A stretch of DNA of 64,000 nucleotides from Podarcis filfolensis (lineage: Eukaryota): NCBI GenBank assembly GCA_964270895.1, contig OZ185438.1; one strand, 5' to 3'. The notes beneath the pieces were generated by a model, which saw nothing but the letters and a program-made list of their open reading frames with translations, searched no databases and was not told the origin of the DNA. The position numbers and the translations under genes were made by a program. Numbering within the stretch: position 1 is the first letter of the stretch; each line of letters begins with the position of its first letter. This document shows positions 1 through 64,000 of this stretch, in pieces.

Positions 1-692
1 AGACAGGGCTTACCAGTTTCCTGCTTTAATATTAGCACAGCAACATAGCTCAACTTTTCACAATGATTGTGCACTTTTCAGAAAATTACTAAATGTTTAG
101 CATACGTAGACTAATATGTAGTATTTCATTTTGAGATATGGAGCCATGTGATACTGCACATGCATGCACTTACACAACTGATCAAATCTTTGAACAAACA
201 GCAACTTGTGAGGAAGAAGACAAGTGTAAGCAGAAAGGATTAATACACATTTCCCAGCACTATGGTCACTTATTCAACCCATTTATAATAAACCATAGTT
301 ACTTTATTGATTTTTTTACTGTTTCTGGAAATCAAAATGCTTTGTGGATAGTATTATTTCAGGTCTTGGATGCTGCAAAACATCTTAATATTGAGCAGGG
401 GGCGGGCAGGTAGTAAATATCATGTTTTGTTTATTATTTAAAAGATTTATAGCCTGCCCTTCCTTCCAGGGTAAGTTGCAACATAAAATAAATGATAAAC
501 TACCATCAGTAAAACAAACAAAATTCTTACAGTTTCACATCTTTTTGTATTTGTTTCATCTTAACCAACTTAAACAGATTAAATATTAGCAGGATTATGT
601 TTGCATTAGGAATTTTTATCTTCTATTTTTATTTTCCATGAAAATTGTTCTCTTTCTATAAAGTTGTCTAAGGCCACATATGATACAAGTAC

Positions 693-61488
<60,796 letters not shown>

Positions 61489-64000
61489 CTACATAAAAAG
61501 TTAAAAACATTATTAATTATAACATTTGTGCTTGAACTATCAACTGCACTACAATGTAGTTAGCTATGCTGCCCTTTCTCAACACACGTCTGAAAATTAC
61601 AGGAAACCTAGAGCACTACAGCAACAACAAATGCAGTATGTTTACTGAGTATGAGCTTCACAAACTTCAGGGAAAAGGAGACAGGTGAGGATGGGCTAGA
61701 GAGAGGAGTGTCCTAGTCACAGCTAGACCTCCCATGAGGCAAGGTGGGGAGGTCGTCTAAGGCAGATTTGGGGTGAAGGAGTACGCTGCTCACCACCCTT
61801 GTTTCCCACATAGGTGCATCCTCCCCTCCCCTCTGCCCCACCTCCTCCACTTTTGCTGAAGGTACGCTCTGCCACAGAAGGTAGTGGGTGTGCCTGTGGC
61901 AGAAGACAGTGGCGTGATGGCAGCAGGGTGTGCCCACAGCAGAGGAGACTGCAGCGGAGGTGGGTTTAGGGAAGAGAGATTGGTTCAGTCGCACTGGGCA
62001 TGGAGCCTTAGGGACTCTGCAGGCGACGCTGTAACTACCGTGTTGAATTGAAGGCGAGAGGGGCCAAATTTTGATGTCCCACAGGGTGCACCTGAAATTT
62101 GAGAAACTAAGGTCCACCACAACTTCAGCAGGTGGAAGGGGAGGTTGCTCTAAGCGACCATAGTGCCATCTCCCTCCAACTTACAGAATGTGACTAAATG
62201 CAATGTGGAGCAAAAACCTACAAATGGTTCCAAGCTGAAGACTGTTGCCTTCTATGATTTGGAAGGTGACAGAGTGCAGGCAGAGCTGACACACTCATCT
62301 CTACAGTACATTCTACACTCATTTTCATGTGTCTACTTTCCCTTTTTGGAATTTCTGAAGAGGGCTGTGGTTATCTTAATTTCACTAAGAAAGCTATACT
62401 CTACTGCCTCCTTGCCCAATATTTTCAACTCTAAAAAAGTTACTGACTTTTGTAAAAGAAACAAATGTCATTTTAACTACTAGGTTTTATGAAAGCATCC
62501 ATTCAATTATGCGAAATAGCCTGCTTCTCTACGCCACTTGCAAGTACACATGAACTTTTTATTTAACCTTCTATTTTATTTAACCTCCTATTCAAATTAG
62601 GTATTCTCTTAGTGAACAAAATTATTTTTCGTTGAATTATAGAGCAAGTTCCTCTTCAGCTAGAAGTGTGTAGGTCACACGCATGTGGGGCTCTAATTGC
62701 CACCTAACCTATGACATTTCTGAAAGAGCTCTCTGAATAAAAGCTAACAACAGTTACTGACGCAGCGGCACAGGTCAGCTCAGCATGTCAGTTTATACCG
62801 CTAACCATTCTGAAGAAAACACTCACCAGGAAGAACTCTCAATTGCACTCCTCATGTTAAATTCTTATTATTACTTTTGATGGCAGCAGAACAATTGCTA
62901 CAATCAAAAGGTAACCCTACCATACAAAAGGGGTATTTTTTATACTGCTTTGTTATTTGATGATTAACCCAACCCTTTGAGCTGTGCCAGCAAAAGCAAG
63001 CCATGGAAGAAGTGACACAAAAGTCCAGGTATAAAAATCACTGGCTTAATATTATTAGCCAGGTCAGGTATTCAAAAAGGTGTGAGAAATACGAGTATTA
63101 ACCTGTCCTTTTTATATGGCCCTGTAGTAAATATTTGAGGGTGGTACAAGCAACATCCACACCGCCGGGGTTCCAGAATGCTGACAAAAACAAATTTGAT
63201 GCATTTTGGTGCAAAGACCCATTTCTACCCACAACAAAGAAGGGGGGGAGGAGAGAGAGCTGCGGGGGGGAGAGGAGATAGAAGTGAACAGCAAGGATTG
63301 TCCCTCTGTGATCCGCCCATTGAGAATCAACAGAGACCTGATATTGGTGAGTTCAGCCTTAGCATTAGGGATGAAAGAGAAATTAAAAAGAGGAAAGGGA
63401 TTTTGAAGTACAATTTCGAAAAGAAGTAGGTCTGACTCCCCCAGTGGACGGTCTGTGGCAGTGCAACTTGTTTTTCTTTGGGAATCTTCCGCTGTGGAGG
63501 CTATAGGAGAAATAACTGCTTTCTGTGAGATTTCCTCCCCCTGGAATTGTTTTGAATCCCCCTATTTTCAAGGGATGGTTACTGGAGTCCCATAGGGACA
63601 ATTGGATTACAAAATTGGAATATATCTTGGGACTTTAAATCAAGTTTTTGTATTACTTCCCGCATTATTATTTTTTTCTTTTATTTTTTTTTTGGATTAC
63701 AAGTGGGTCCTCAAGCTGGATTATAACAAAACTTTCTCTTTGGTCTGTTAAGGATTAGCCCGAATGGGGGCAAGAAGATAAAGTTATTGAATCGGACATT
63801 TTCAACTCTACATTCGTTGTGGAAGCGTCTCCAATTAGAAAGCTGGTCTTAGATTAATCTCCTAATATTGCCCCAAAATTTTGGACTAACATTGTGGACA
63901 TTTGGTTATTCGGAAATTGTATTCGGGTGCTCTTATGTATTTTGTTAATTGGCTTGTATAGATAATATTGGGTATTTGGAATTGGGACTGGAGAAGATGT

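Noticed and set aside
1-692. Terminal SH3KBP1 exon (MEVNDIKKALQSK-like)
   Set aside because: No match by eye; it presumably lies just outside the window

Overview
Vertebrate genomic DNA from a squamate reptile, probably a lacertid-type lizard (inferred from a full-length Sauria SINE and typical squamate L2/CR1/hAT/Tigger/Penelope repeats). The window lies entirely inside one minus-strand gene, SH3KBP1 (CIN85/Ruk). I traced 14 constitutive coding exons by hand, equivalent to human exons 4-17 and encoding SH3B, SH3C, the proline-rich region, the capping-protein-interaction motif and the coiled coil. All have GT-AG boundaries and consistent phases (1652 nt of CDS, no stops). Exons 1-3 and the last exon lie outside the window. 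The introns also hold a 75-nt cassette exon and an MGEE internal first exon, both resembling mammalian isoforms as I recall them. The most interesting candidates are unverified hidden exons: (1) a 92-nt exon at 11759-11850 that could replace exon 13 in frame and also carries a strong-Kozak ATG encoding MGNSSS, which would start an N-myristoylated mini-CIN85 with only the CPI motif and coiled coil; (2) an MGY/MGC-starting first exon or 12-nt microexon just before exon 7; (3) two candidate alternative terminal exons; (4) a 30-nt cassette exon whose acceptor appears split by two TE insertions. Most ORFs in the supplied track are repeat- or composition-derived noise. Human and mouse comparisons are from memory, not from a database search.
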